A stretch of 64,000 nucleotides of DNA. Origin: Candidatus Omnitrophota bacterium (GTDB lineage: Bacteria; Omnitrophota; Gorgyraeia; 2-01-FULL-45-10). How positions within the stretch are numbered: the stretch's first letter is position 1; the number at the start of each line of letters is the position of its first letter. A model generated the notes under the pieces. That model searched no databases and was not told the origin of the DNA. It saw only the letters and a list, made by a program, of their open reading frames with translations. The stretch spans positions 4,807-68,806 of the forward strand of contig JBAZNZ010000007.1 of assembly GCA_041648975.1 (NCBI GenBank), read 5' to 3'. A program made the translations under genes and the position numbers. Shown here one piece after another: positions 46,213-56,573 of the stretch.

Positions 46213-47040
46213 ATGAAATACCGCAGAGGTATAAGCGCAAGTTTTTTTATTATTATGTTTTGCCTGTGTTCATTACAGGATAGCCCTGCGGTGACAGCGT
46301 CGGTCTCTTCCGGGGATATCCGGCGGATCGGCGATATGGTCTTCCGGAACGAATGCTCAGGCAAAGAAGAATTACTGGTGAACTGGAACGAGGGTGAGGA
46401 TTTTTTATCGCTGGGCATCGGCCACTTTATCTGGTATCCGGCGACGGACGTTAAGGATTTCATAGAAAGTTTCCCCTTATTCTTGAGATACGCTAAGGAT
46501 TCAGGCGCAGAGATACCCGGATGGCTTGGCAGAAACCTGTCCCGGCCGTGCCCCTGGAATACGCGCGATGAATTTTTGCGCAGCCAGGATGATCCCCGTT
46601 TGATAGAATTACGCAGGTTTCTGATATCGACAAAGCTTGTCCAGGCCCGTTTCATAGTCAAAAGGCTTGATGACGCCCTGCCCATTATGCTTAAAAATGT
46701 TCCGGAAGAAGACCGCGGCGGGATATCCGCGCGATTCGGGCGCCTGTCTTTGTCGCGGTCGGGCGCCTTCGCTATGGTCGATTATATCAATTTCAAAGGC
46801 CTGGGGATCTCCCCATCCGAACGGTATAACGGCAAAGGCTGGGGGCTCACTCAGGTGTTGTTAAATATGAAAGAAGATAATGCCGCTAATGATACCTTAA
46901 AGGAATTTGTTAATGCCGCGAAGAGGACCCTTGAAGAGAGGGTAAATAACGCGCCTCCGGGACGCAATGAAAAAAAATGGCTCGCCGGATGGCAGAATAG
47001 GGTGGAGTCTTACCTGTATAATATAAAGGCGGGAAGATGA
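46213..47040 (+). CDS. Secreted hypothetical protein
   Basis: Signal peptide, 275 aa, and a 4-nt overlap with the downstream transporter gene. Confidence 0.4.
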   Translation: MKYRRGISASFFIIMFCLCSLQDSPAVTASVSSGDIRRIGDMVFRNECSGKEELLVNWNEGEDFLSLGIGHFIWYPATDVKDFIESFPLFLRYAKDSGAEIPGWLGRNLSRPCPWNTRDEFLRSQDDPRLIELRRFLISTKLVQARFIVKRLDDALPIMLKNVPEEDRGGISARFGRLSLSRSGAFAMVDYINFKGLGISPSERYNGKGWGLTQVLLNMKEDNAANDTLKEFVNAAKRTLEERVNNAPPGRNEKKWLAGWQNRVESYLYNIKAGR

Positions 47041-48059
47041 TCGGCATATTCGTGAAATTCGTTATCTGCGCCGGAGTTATCCTGTATTGCGGTAAAAGAG
47101 TGGCCAGATACGGCGACGCCATCGCTGAAAAGACCGGCTTGAGCGGGCTATGGATCGGCGTTATATTGGTGTCTGTCGCTACGAGCCTTCCGGAATTATT
47201 TACAGGCGTGGGAAGCACGGTCTTTATCGACGCTCCCAATCTCACCGTAGGCAATCTGCTTGGAGCCAATACGTATAATCTGGTAAACATATCCGTCCTG
47301 GATCTCTTGAACCAAGGCGCGCCTCTGTTAAGCGTGGTATCTACGGGTCAATTATTGACAATTGTTTTAAGCCTTATACCTCTGACGATAGCCGCGTTAG
47401 GGATATTCTTAAATTCGAGGTTGCCGGAGATATCGTTCATGAATGTCAGTTTATTCAGCATACTGATCCTCGCCGCATATCTCATAGCTACGCGTACGAT
47501 ATTCGTATTCGAGAAAAAGCAGCAAGCGGTTAAAGAGCTGATAAAAGAGGAAAAAAATGTCTTCAAATATGACAGCATCTCGCTAAAGACTGCCTGTATC
47601 CGCTATGGAGCGGCCGCGGTTGCCATAGCGGCCGCTGGGGTATGGCTTGCGTATATAGGAGACGATCTGGCGGGGGTCCTGAATCTAGGGCAGAATTTTA
47701 TAGGCAACCTGTTCCTTGGGTTTGCCACCACTTTGCCGGAGATGACTGTATCGATCGCCGCACTTCGTTTAGGCGCGAAAGAGCTGGCTGTGGCGAATAT
47801 GGTCGGGTCAAATCTTTTTAATATAACGATAATATTCGTGAATGATCTATTATACAGGAAAGCTCCCATCTTTTCAGTCTTAACCCAGCAGCATATCTTT
47901 ACCGCTTTTATAGTCATGATCATGACTATAGTCGTCATGTCCGGTTTGATTTTAAAGCCAAAGAAGAAGACGAGGATCGGTTTAAGCGCGTATGCCATAA
48001 TATTGATAGCCGTATTTATCATAGGGTCGTATATCAATTTTATTCTCGGACATAAGTAA
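47037..48059 (+). CDS. Na+/Ca2+ (K+-dependent) exchanger family antiporter (CaCA/YrbG-like)
   Basis: Two alpha-repeat motifs (GNLLGANTYNLV ... GSNLFNITIIF) and ten TM helices. Confidence 0.7.
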   Translation: MIGIFVKFVICAGVILYCGKRVARYGDAIAEKTGLSGLWIGVILVSVATSLPELFTGVGSTVFIDAPNLTVGNLLGANTYNLVNISVLDLLNQGAPLLSVVSTGQLLTIVLSLIPLTIAALGIFLNSRLPEISFMNVSLFSILILAAYLIATRTIFVFEKKQQAVKELIKEEKNVFKYDSISLKTACIRYGAAAVAIAAAGVWLAYIGDDLAGVLNLGQNFIGNLFLGFATTLPEMTVSIAALRLGAKELAVANMVGSNLFNITIIFVNDLLYRKAPIFSVLTQQHIFTAFIVMIMTIVVMSGLILKPKKKTRIGLSAYAIILIAVFIIGSYINFILGHK

Positions 48060-48066
48060 GGAATAT

Positions 48067-49002
48067 ATGAATTCTAAAGAACGATGCATGATGAAGGCCG
48101 CGAGCATCAGCCTCTGGTTCAACGTCGTGCTGTTTATTTTTAAGCTCGGGGCATTGATCGTCGTCCGGTCGCTGGCCATCGCTACGGATTTCGCGATAAC
48201 CGTAGTCGGGCTTACCGTATCCATTATACTTTATAATTCGCTAAAGCTGTCGGTAAGGCCCGCCGACCTGTTACATAATTACGGTTACGGAAAAGTGGAG
48301 CATGTATGCGAGGCTATGGAGGGCATAGTCCTTATGGGGATAGCCATAATTATGTCCTTCCAGGCATTTGCCACGTTCTTCCGGCCGAGCCACGTCACCT
48401 TTCCATGGATAGGCTTCGCTTCGAGTGCGCTAAGCCTGTCGCTTAATTTCGTCGGGGCTTTCTTTTTATTCCAGCTGGCCCGCAAGAGCCTATCCCCGGC
48501 GGTCAAAGCGGAAGCGGTGCACTATACACTGGAAGGGTTTATATCTACGGCGATCGGGTGCGCTTTTATAGTGACCATACTGCTTAAATCGAGCCCATAC
48601 ACAGCTATAGAGCCGTACATCGATCCTACCGTTACTATACTTGTGAGCCTCGCGATCTCGCTGCCTTCAATCAAACTCACAAAGCAGGCGTTTGTAAATC
48701 TGCTGGATATCTCGATAGAGGAGCCGGGAAAGATGGAGACCGTCGTGAGGCTGGCCCAGCACGCGGATGAATACTGTAATTTTAAGGGCTTGAAGACGCG
48801 TACAGCGGGGCATAAGAAGTTCATAGAGGTAAAATTGATCATGCCTAAGGATATGGCTTTTTCCAACGCGTATGAGATCGTATCAAAGATCGAGAAGGAT
48901 ATCGCGGGGGGAGTCCCCGACAGCGAAGTGACCGTTATAATGGTGCCGTGCGCGAAGGATTGCGGCCTGATACAGGACAAAAAACCTTGCCCATATTTAT
49001 AA
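48067..49002 (+). CDS. Cation diffusion facilitator (CDF) family metal efflux transporter
   Basis: Six TM helices, HNYGYGKVE, and a C-terminal cytoplasmic ferredoxin-like domain. Confidence 0.7.
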   Translation: MNSKERCMMKAASISLWFNVVLFIFKLGALIVVRSLAIATDFAITVVGLTVSIILYNSLKLSVRPADLLHNYGYGKVEHVCEAMEGIVLMGIAIIMSFQAFATFFRPSHVTFPWIGFASSALSLSLNFVGAFFLFQLARKSLSPAVKAEAVHYTLEGFISTAIGCAFIVTILLKSSPYTAIEPYIDPTVTILVSLAISLPSIKLTKQAFVNLLDISIEEPGKMETVVRLAQHADEYCNFKGLKTRTAGHKKFIEVKLIMPKDMAFSNAYEIVSKIEKDIAGGVPDSEVTVIMVPCAKDCGLIQDKKPCPYL

Positions 49003-50483
49003 TACCGATTGAAGGCATATTGTTATGGGTCGCGGCGCTGATATTCGTGAGCGTCGTCGCCAGCAAGCTTTCCGATAAATTTGCCGTTCCCGCTCTTTTG
49101 CTCTTCCTGATAATAGGGATGTTCGCCGGATCGGAAGGAATAGGCGGCATCTATTTCGATAACGCGCAACTGGCAAAATCGATCGGTATAGTTGCCCTGA
49201 TCTTTATTATTTTCTCCGGAGGCCTTGATACAAAGTGGAGCGAGGCTAAACCGGTCATCTGGCCGGGGATCGTCCTTTCGACGGCCGGAGTGCTGATCAC
49301 CGCTCTCATAACGGGTTATTTCGCCGTCCGTATCCTTAAATTTCCTCTCCTGGAAGGTATGCTGCTCGGCGCCATCGTCTCCTCGACCGATGCCGCCGCC
49401 GTCTTCAGCATCCTGAGGTCCAAGCGTATAAGCCTGAGAAGCCCTTTAAAACCGCTGCTTGAATTCGAATCCGGCAGTAACGATCCGATGGCTGTTTTTT
49501 TGACAGTCAGTATCATAAGCATGCTTAAAGCGCAAAGCACGGACTTTGCCGCTTTGATCCCCGGTTTTATACAGGATATGGGCATGGGCGCGCTTACCGG
49601 TTATCTAATGGCGAGGTTCATCGTATTTTTCATCAAAGGCCTTAAACTGGAATACGAAGGGCTCTATCCGGTAATAATGATATCGTTCGTGCTCATGACG
49701 TACGTGACCGCTGTCTTCCTGAAAGGCAACGGCTTCCTTGCGGTATATATAATGGGCCTTATGCTGGGGCGCTCGGAGTTTCCGAATAAAAGAATGGTTA
49801 TGAAATTCCATGACGGCCTGGCCTGGCTTATGCAGATAGTCATGTTCGTGACTCTGGGGATGCTCGTCTTTCCTTCACACCTTGTCCCGTTAATAGGGCC
49901 GGGGCTTTTACTTACCGCTCTTCTTATGGTGGTGGCCCGTCCGGCCAGCGTCTTTTTGTGCTTATTACCGTTTAAAATCGGTGTATGGAAAAAAGCTATG
50001 GTCGCATGGGTCGGCTTGAGAGGGTCCGTTCCTATCATCCTGGCGACATTCCCTTTTGTGGCGGGCATTCCGCAGGCAGATACGATCTTCAATGTCGTAT
50101 TTTTTGTCGTCATAGCGTCGGTCTTCATACAAGGCACGTCCATACCGGCTGTTTCAAGGATATTGAAGCTGGACGTTCCTATGGCTTACAGGAGGCAATA
50201 CCCGATCGAGTTCGAAAAGACAGAGGCCATCGCCGCGGAATTGATAGAAGCCATTGTCCCGTACGATTCGATGGCGGCCGGCAGGAGGATAAAAGACCTG
50301 AAGATCCCGGAGAAATGCCTTATTATGCTCATTTCCAGGGAGGATAAATTTATCATACCATCAGGATCCGTTGTTATAGAAGGAGGCGATGTCTTATTGA
50401 CACTCGCGAACGCGGCTGATTTTTCGACTCTTCAGCAAACGCTGGCGAAGCTTAAAAAGAAGGACGCTTATGAGGCCGGATGA
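48948..50483 (+). CDS. K+/H+ (CPA1, NhaP2-type) antiporter with C-terminal RCK_C/TrkA_C domain; the true start is uncertain
   Basis: Na_H_Exchanger core plus a C-terminal TrkA_C. The track's ATG at 48948 overlaps the CDF gene by 55 nt. An in-frame TTG at 48987 would give MPIFIIPIEG..., which matches NhaP2 N-termini better. Confidence 0.65.
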   Translation: MREGLRPDTGQKTLPIFIIPIEGILLWVAALIFVSVVASKLSDKFAVPALLLFLIIGMFAGSEGIGGIYFDNAQLAKSIGIVALIFIIFSGGLDTKWSEAKPVIWPGIVLSTAGVLITALITGYFAVRILKFPLLEGMLLGAIVSSTDAAAVFSILRSKRISLRSPLKPLLEFESGSNDPMAVFLTVSIISMLKAQSTDFAALIPGFIQDMGMGALTGYLMARFIVFFIKGLKLEYEGLYPVIMISFVLMTYVTAVFLKGNGFLAVYIMGLMLGRSEFPNKRMVMKFHDGLAWLMQIVMFVTLGMLVFPSHLVPLIGPGLLLTALLMVVARPASVFLCLLPFKIGVWKKAMVAWVGLRGSVPIILATFPFVAGIPQADTIFNVVFFVVIASVFIQGTSIPAVSRILKLDVPMAYRRQYPIEFEKTEAIAAELIEAIVPYDSMAAGRRIKDLKIPEKCLIMLISREDKFIIPSGSVVIEGGDVLLTLANAADFSTLQQTLAKLKKKDAYEAG

Positions 50484-50496
50484 CGCGGCATAATAT

Positions 50497-50524
50497 TTGC
50501 CGTATGACCGTTTCATGATATAAT
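50497..50524 (+). promoter_or_regulatory. Sigma70 promoter TTGCCG-16-TATAAT upstream of the tolC-cusBA operon
   Basis: Exact TATAAT at 50519-50524; the downstream leader is AT-rich with TGATAT repeats. Confidence 0.4.
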
Positions 50525-50555
50525 GTATTATGATATTATGCTAATAAAGGTTAAT

Positions 50556-51848
50556 ATGCAAAGACGCTGCGCTGTATATGCCCTTATCTTTTTTTTAGCT
50601 GTTTTTAACCCCGCGCAAAACACCGCTAACGCAGAAGAGCCGCTCTCCTTAAATAACGTCATAAATGAAGCGTTGATATCCAACCCGGAAATTTTATCCG
50701 CAAAACGGTCCTACGAAGCGGCATCCGCGCGGATCTGGCAGGCGGCAAGCTTGAATGATCCTATGGTTGAACTTGAGTATGACAAAATGACCGCAGATAG
50801 GATGCTGACGGGCGATCCTATGAAAACCTATGCCATATCCCAGGATATCCCGTTTCCTACAAAGCTCTATCTGCGCGCCAAAATAGCTTCGAAGATCGCC
50901 AGGATGTCCTATGAAAGTTATAAAACGAAGGAAAAAGAAATAATCGCCCGCACAAAAAGCGCGTATGCCGAACTTTTCTATATTTACAGGGCAATTGATA
51001 TAAATAAGGAAAATAAAGGCATCCTGGAGCAGCTTTCGCAGAGCGCTACGGCGCGGTATTCAAAGGGGCTGGGAACTCAGGGGGATGCTCTTAAGGCACA
51101 GGTTGAGCTCGCTACGGTCGACACAGAACTTATTATGCTGGAACAAAAGCGCGTTACGGCGCAGGCGAGACTGAACATACTCCTTAACAGAGATCCCGGA
51201 GAAGAACTTGGCGTCCCCGCGCCCGAAGAAGCTATTAAATTTGAAAGCAAATTGGAAGAATGTTATTCCCTGGCTGAACAGAATAATCCTGAGCTTAAAG
51301 CGTATCGCTATGGCATCGAACGAGGGAAGACCGCGTACGACCTGTCCCTTAACGAATTCATGCCTGATTTTACCCTTAAATATAAGCAGATGGTACAGGG
51401 CGATAAGGCTGTAGGAGACGCTTGGGCCGGGATGCTGGGCGTGACGGTCCCTTTGTGGTTTTTTCAAAAACAGGCCTTTGGCGTGAAGGAGATGAAGTCA
51501 GAACTCGAAATGCTAAAAGCCGAGTACGCGGCGAAAGAGAAGGCCGTCCTTTTTGATGTGCGTGACGCTTATGCAAGAGTAGAGGCGAATAAAAAACTTG
51601 TAGAACTTTATGAGACCGCCTTTTTGCCGCAGGCGGAGGAAATGCTCAATGCTTCGATAAAGGGGTATGAATCTGATAAAACCGATTTTCTAACGCTATT
51701 AGACTCAAGAAGGATGCTCGTAGATTTTAAGCTAAAACATTACAACGCTATCCTTGACCTTAGGATAGCGGTTGCGGATCTTGAAAGAGCGATAGGCGCC
51801 AGCGCGGATTCGGAGAAACCAAAAGAGGTAAAAAATGCGAAGAAATAA
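50556..51848 (+). CDS. TolC-family outer-membrane efflux protein
   Basis: Signal peptide and two OEP repeats. Confidence 0.75.
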   Translation: MQRRCAVYALIFFLAVFNPAQNTANAEEPLSLNNVINEALISNPEILSAKRSYEAASARIWQAASLNDPMVELEYDKMTADRMLTGDPMKTYAISQDIPFPTKLYLRAKIASKIARMSYESYKTKEKEIIARTKSAYAELFYIYRAIDINKENKGILEQLSQSATARYSKGLGTQGDALKAQVELATVDTELIMLEQKRVTAQARLNILLNRDPGEELGVPAPEEAIKFESKLEECYSLAEQNNPELKAYRYGIERGKTAYDLSLNEFMPDFTLKYKQMVQGDKAVGDAWAGMLGVTVPLWFFQKQAFGVKEMKSELEMLKAEYAAKEKAVLFDVRDAYARVEANKKLVELYETAFLPQAEEMLNASIKGYESDKTDFLTLLDSRRMLVDFKLKHYNAILDLRIAVADLERAIGASADSEKPKEVKNAKK

Positions 51849-53121
51849 ATACATATTTGTAATGGCTGTATGTTTAGTTTTAGCGGCTGCATCATTATCT
51901 ATAATTTCAGGTTGCGGTCAAAATAAGGCCGCCGACCAGGGGGAAGCGACATATTACTGTCCGATGCACCCGGCCTACACATCTGATAAGCCCGGTGACT
52001 GCCCTATATGTAATATGAAACTCGTGAAGAAGGATGCGGCCCCGGAGAAGAAGACGGCAGTTGATGAGCATGAGGGCCATAAGATGGCAGGACCTGCGCC
52101 GGCTGAGGAAAAGACGCTGGAGGAAGTCTGCATAGAGCATAAATGCACAATGAATAATTGCCCGATGAATGTGACGACGGGTTTAAGGCCGGGTGAAAGG
52201 ATAATCTGCCCCATTTGCGGTGAAGTTATATCTACCGCGAGCGGTAAAGTGGTAGAAATATCTAAACAACCGGTTGTAGAAGATCATTCCAGGCTCGCCG
52301 GGCCGACAGTTACGATAAGCGCGGAAAAACAGCAATTAATAGGCGTAAAGACAGAGCCTGTAGCGAGAAAAGCTCTTACAAAGGTGATCCGCGCTTCGGG
52401 GAAGGTTGCCTACGACCCGGAGCTTGTTATTACTCAGGAAGAATTTATCCAGGCGATCAAGAATGAAGAGAATGTGAAAGATTCTCCTCTTGCCGACATT
52501 ATCGAAAGAGCGAAGTCTATGACTGATGCCGCGCGTAATAAGTTAAAACTTTTAGGGATGAGCGATGACCAGATTAGCGAAATCAATAAAACTAAAAAAG
52601 CCCAGACAAATCTATATCTTCCCGGCCGGGGAGAGGGCGTATGGGCTTATGTATCGATATATGAATATGAAATAGGGCTTGTCCATCCGGGGGATGCGGT
52701 GGAGATAGAATCGGTCGCGTATCCGGGTGAAATCTTCTCAGGCAAAGTAGTGTCTATAAATCCCGTGCTTGATCCCATTACAAGAACAAATCAGGTTAGG
52801 GCAGAGGTCGCGAATCCGGATAGTAAGCTAAAGCCGGAAATGTTTATAAACGCGAAGATTAAGGTTGATCTCGGAGAAAAACTGGCGGTTCCGGAATCAG
52901 CCGTTTTGAATACAGGATTACGAAAGATAGTTTATCTATCCAAAGAAAATAATACATTAGAATCGAGGGAAGTGGAATTAGGGAATAAGGCGGAAGGTAA
53001 TTATGAAGTCCTGGGCGGCCTCGGCGAAGGCGACATTGTTGTAACAAGCGGAAATTTCCTGGTGGATTCGGAGTCGCGCCTGCAAATACCGGTAAACTCT
53101 GAACATCAACACGGCCAATAG
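51835..53121 (+). CDS. cusB: RND efflux membrane-fusion protein (CusB-like) with two N-terminal CPMHP-type heavy-metal-binding motifs
   Basis: YYCPMHPAYTSDKPGDCPICNMKL, a second CxxC-rich copy, and an HlyD-like MFP core. Confidence 0.7.
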   Translation: MRRNKYIFVMAVCLVLAAASLSIISGCGQNKAADQGEATYYCPMHPAYTSDKPGDCPICNMKLVKKDAAPEKKTAVDEHEGHKMAGPAPAEEKTLEEVCIEHKCTMNNCPMNVTTGLRPGERIICPICGEVISTASGKVVEISKQPVVEDHSRLAGPTVTISAEKQQLIGVKTEPVARKALTKVIRASGKVAYDPELVITQEEFIQAIKNEENVKDSPLADIIERAKSMTDAARNKLKLLGMSDDQISEINKTKKAQTNLYLPGRGEGVWAYVSIYEYEIGLVHPGDAVEIESVAYPGEIFSGKVVSINPVLDPITRTNQVRAEVANPDSKLKPEMFINAKIKVDLGEKLAVPESAVLNTGLRKIVYLSKENNTLESREVELGNKAEGNYEVLGGLGEGDIVVTSGNFLVDSESRLQIPVNSEHQHGQ

Positions 53122-53123
53122 CG

Positions 53124-56100
53124 ATGTCTATTCTAGTCGAAAAGATCATAGAGTTCTGCGCTAAGAATAAGTTTATAGTATTCTTGCTGGTGGGCATGAT
53201 TAGCCTTGCCGGCGTCTACTCTATGATGCATGTACCGCTTGACGCTATACCGGACCTTTCAGATACACAGGTAATTATTTATTCCCAATGGGACCGCTCC
53301 CCGGACATCGTGGAAGATCAGGTCACATACCCGATTGTGACAGCCATGCTCGGAGCTCCTAAAGTAAAGGATGTGCGCGGATTTTCCGATTTCGGATTTT
53401 CTTATGTGTATATTATTTTTGAAGACGGCACAGATATCTATTGGGCGCGTTCAAGAACTCTTGAGTATTTAAGCAAGATCACCCCACGACTCCCGGAAGG
53501 CGTGAAGGTGGAGCTGGGTCCGGACGCAACGGGCGTGGGTTGGGTTTTCCAGTATGCCCTGGTCGATGAAACCGGCCAACATTCTCTGGCTGACCTAAGA
53601 AGCTTCCAGGACTGGTACCTGCGTTATTATTTACAGGCTGTGCCGGGCGTCGCCGAGGTCGCTACGGTAGGCGGATTTGTCAAACAATACCAGATCAATA
53701 TCAATCCCAACGCTTTACTGGCCTACAATATCCCCATAACACAAGTAGTCGAGAATGTCCGCAAAAGCAATAATGATGTAGGCGGCCGGCTGATTGAATT
53801 CAGCGGGGCCGAATATATGATAAGAGGGCGGGGCTACATAAAATCTGTTAAGGACATAGAAGATATATATGTGGGCCTCGGCCTGGACGGCGTGCCTGTA
53901 ACGATAAAACAGGTCGCAAACGTCTCTCTGGGGCCCGATATACGCAGAGGCGTAGCTGAACTGAACGGCACAGGTGAAATCGTTGGCGGCGTGGTCGTTA
54001 TGCGGCATAAGGAAAACGCCTTAGAGGTCATAAAGAAGGTTAAAGCTAAATTAAAGGAGGTGGAGCCGGGCTTGCCGAAAGGCGTTAAGATCGTAACCAC
54101 TTATGACAGATCCGATTTGATACGCGCTTCGATAGCTACGGTTAAAGATAATCTGATCCAGGAATTGATAATCGTAAGCGTCATGCTTATCTTCTTTTTG
54201 CTCCATTTTCGTTCGGCACTTATACCTATTATAGGCCTCCCGATAGCCGTAGCCATAGCGTTCATACCGATGAGCTGGATGAAGCTTACTTCAAATATCA
54301 TGTCATTGGGTGGTATCGTTGTGGCCATAGGCGACATGGTTGACGCGTCTATCGTGTTTGTGGAAAATGTCCATAAGCGCTTGGATGAGTGGTCAAAAGG
54401 CCTTCGCCATGGGAAAAGGGAGGACATCATGATAGGAGCCATGAAAGAAGTTGGCCCCCCCATATTTGCCTCTCTCATTGTCATGGCGATAGCCTTTATG
54501 CCGGTTTTTACCTTGGAAGCGCAGGAAGGCAGACTTTTCAAGCCCCTTGCCTTTACTAAGAACTTCTCCATTTTCTTCGCGGCCCTTCTTGCCATAACCC
54601 TGACCCCGGCGCTTATTATGATATTCGTTGGAGGTAAAAAACACAATTTTAAACCGGTATGGTTATGCGCCATCACAAACTTTTTTATCGGCGGCAAGAT
54701 CGTCTCGGAAGACAATCACCCGATAAGCAAATGTCTGATCAGGCTTTATCATCCTATAGCGCTTTGGGCCATAAAGAACAGGATCGCTGTATGCATCGCG
54801 GCTGTTATTGCAATGCTGATAACGATCCCGGCATTCATGATGATGGGGTCGGAATTCATGCCGCCGTTAAACGAGGGCTCTATTCTTTATATGCCTACGA
54901 CGCTGCCCGGGTTGTCTGTTACCGAAGCGGCGAAATTATTGCAAGTTCAGGACAGGATACTTAAATCATTTCCCGAGGTTGAAAGCGTGTTCGGCAAGGC
55001 CGGCCGGGCCGCTTCGTCTACGGATCCGGCCCCATTCTCAATGATGGAGACGACCGTTGTATTAAAGGACAGGAAGCATTGGCGCAAAGGAATGACGTGG
55101 GAAAAACTTATCGATGAAATGGACAGCAGGATGAAATTACCCGGCGTTACGAACGCCTGGACGATGCCGATCAAAGCGAGGACCGACATGCTGACCACGG
55201 GCGTTCGCACTCCCGTCGGAATCAAGATCTACGGCTCGGACCTGAAAGAGATCGAGAAAATAGGCATGGATATAGAACGAGTATTAAAAGACATCCCGGG
55301 CACGCGTAGTGTCTACGCCGAACGGGTGAGCGGCGGATATTTCGTCGATTTTGACCTGAAACGCGAGGCGATAGCTCGTTATGGATTGACTGTCGATGAT
55401 GTTGAGATGGTCATAATGTCGGCTATAGGCGGAGAGAATATAACCACAACCATAGAAGGCAGGGAGAGATACCCGGTCAATGTCCGCTATATGAGAGAAT
55501 GGCGCGATGATATCGACAAACTTAAAAGGATCACCGTGCCTACTATAGGCGGAGCGCAGATACCATTAACTGATCTTGCCGATATAAAATTGACCGAAGG
55601 CCCTGCCATGATCAGGGACGAGAACGGACTTCTTTCCGGGTATGTGTATGTGGATATGACCGGACGCGATGTGGGAAGATACGTTAATAATGCCAAACGG
55701 ATCGTAAGGGAGAAGATAAAAATGCCGACAGGGTATGCCCTAACATGGTCGGGCCAATATGAATACATGCAGAGGATCAGGGATCGGCTCAAAATATTCA
55801 TTCCTCTCACGATTTTTATAATCTTTATTCTATACTACTTTACCTTTAAATCTGTTACCGAAACGATGATCGTCATGATGTCCGTGCCATTCGCGTTGAT
55901 CGGCGGCATCTGGTATCTATTCTTGCTGAAATATAATATGAGTATAGCGGTATGGGTAGGATTGATTGCTCTGGCGGGAGTCGCGGCTGAAACAGGCTCT
56001 ATAATGATAGTCTATCTTGATGAAGCCTATAACCGTCGTAAGCGGGAAGGCAGGATGAGGAGCCTCCCGGATTTATACGATGCTGTCATGGAAGGCGCGG

Positions 56101-56339
56101 TCCAAAGGCTCAGGCCCAAGCTTATGACCGTAGGAGCGAATATATTCGGTCTAATGCCTGTGATGCTAAGTGTGGGTACGGGAGCCGATGTAATGAAAAG
56201 AATAGCAGCGCCGCTGATCGGCGGCCTTACGTCATCCACGGTTCTCACATTAATCGTCCTGCCGGCTATTTACACAATATGGAAATATAATTCGGAAATA
56301 AAGCGTCTATCCTCAATCGAAAGAGATGGAAGCGTATGA
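53124..56339 (+). CDS. cusA: Heavy-metal efflux RND transporter (CusA/CzcA family)
   Basis: 1071 aa with twelve TM helices and large periplasmic loops in the HME-RND architecture. Confidence 0.85.
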   Translation: MSILVEKIIEFCAKNKFIVFLLVGMISLAGVYSMMHVPLDAIPDLSDTQVIIYSQWDRSPDIVEDQVTYPIVTAMLGAPKVKDVRGFSDFGFSYVYIIFEDGTDIYWARSRTLEYLSKITPRLPEGVKVELGPDATGVGWVFQYALVDETGQHSLADLRSFQDWYLRYYLQAVPGVAEVATVGGFVKQYQININPNALLAYNIPITQVVENVRKSNNDVGGRLIEFSGAEYMIRGRGYIKSVKDIEDIYVGLGLDGVPVTIKQVANVSLGPDIRRGVAELNGTGEIVGGVVVMRHKENALEVIKKVKAKLKEVEPGLPKGVKIVTTYDRSDLIRASIATVKDNLIQELIIVSVMLIFFLLHFRSALIPIIGLPIAVAIAFIPMSWMKLTSNIMSLGGIVVAIGDMVDASIVFVENVHKRLDEWSKGLRHGKREDIMIGAMKEVGPPIFASLIVMAIAFMPVFTLEAQEGRLFKPLAFTKNFSIFFAALLAITLTPALIMIFVGGKKHNFKPVWLCAITNFFIGGKIVSEDNHPISKCLIRLYHPIALWAIKNRIAVCIAAVIAMLITIPAFMMMGSEFMPPLNEGSILYMPTTLPGLSVTEAAKLLQVQDRILKSFPEVESVFGKAGRAASSTDPAPFSMMETTVVLKDRKHWRKGMTWEKLIDEMDSRMKLPGVTNAWTMPIKARTDMLTTGVRTPVGIKIYGSDLKEIEKIGMDIERVLKDIPGTRSVYAERVSGGYFVDFDLKREAIARYGLTVDDVEMVIMSAIGGENITTTIEGRERYPVNVRYMREWRDDIDKLKRITVPTIGGAQIPLTDLADIKLTEGPAMIRDENGLLSGYVYVDMTGRDVGRYVNNAKRIVREKIKMPTGYALTWSGQYEYMQRIRDRLKIFIPLTIFIIFILYYFTFKSVTETMIVMMSVPFALIGGIWYLFLLKYNMSIAVWVGLIALAGVAAETGSIMIVYLDEAYNRRKREGRMRSLPDLYDAVMEGAVQRLRPKLMTVGANIFGLMPVMLSVGTGADVMKRIAAPLIGGLTSSTVLTLIVLPAIYTIWKYNSEIKRLSSIERDGSV

Positions 56340-56539
56340 AGAGGCTCGGCATGATGCTGTTCGTGATATGTTTTTTATTTTGCTCAAATAGCTGCCCTGC
56401 TAAAGAACAGGTTGTCGATGTAGCGAATAAGGTTTGTCCCGTAACGGGGGATAAGATCGACCCAAAAAGCAATATAACATATGAATACCAGGGCAAGATC
56501 TATCATTTCTGCTGTCTAATATATATAAAACAAACCTGA
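56336..56539 (+). CDS. YHS-domain copper-binding protein
   Basis: CPVTGDKI...YEYQGKIYHFCC motif; overlaps the cusA stop. Confidence 0.6.
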   Translation: MKRLGMMLFVICFLFCSNSCPAKEQVVDVANKVCPVTGDKIDPKSNITYEYQGKIYHFCCLIYIKQT

Positions 56540-56573
56540 TCTTTTGGTAATCTTAAGAAAAAAAGGAGAGATT

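Noticed and set aside
48948-48986. The ATG start at 48948 for the CPA1 antiporter
   Set aside because: It would overlap the CDF gene by 55 nt and adds residues with no match to NhaP-type N-termini. An internal TTG at 48987 looks more plausible, but this cannot be decided from sequence alone.
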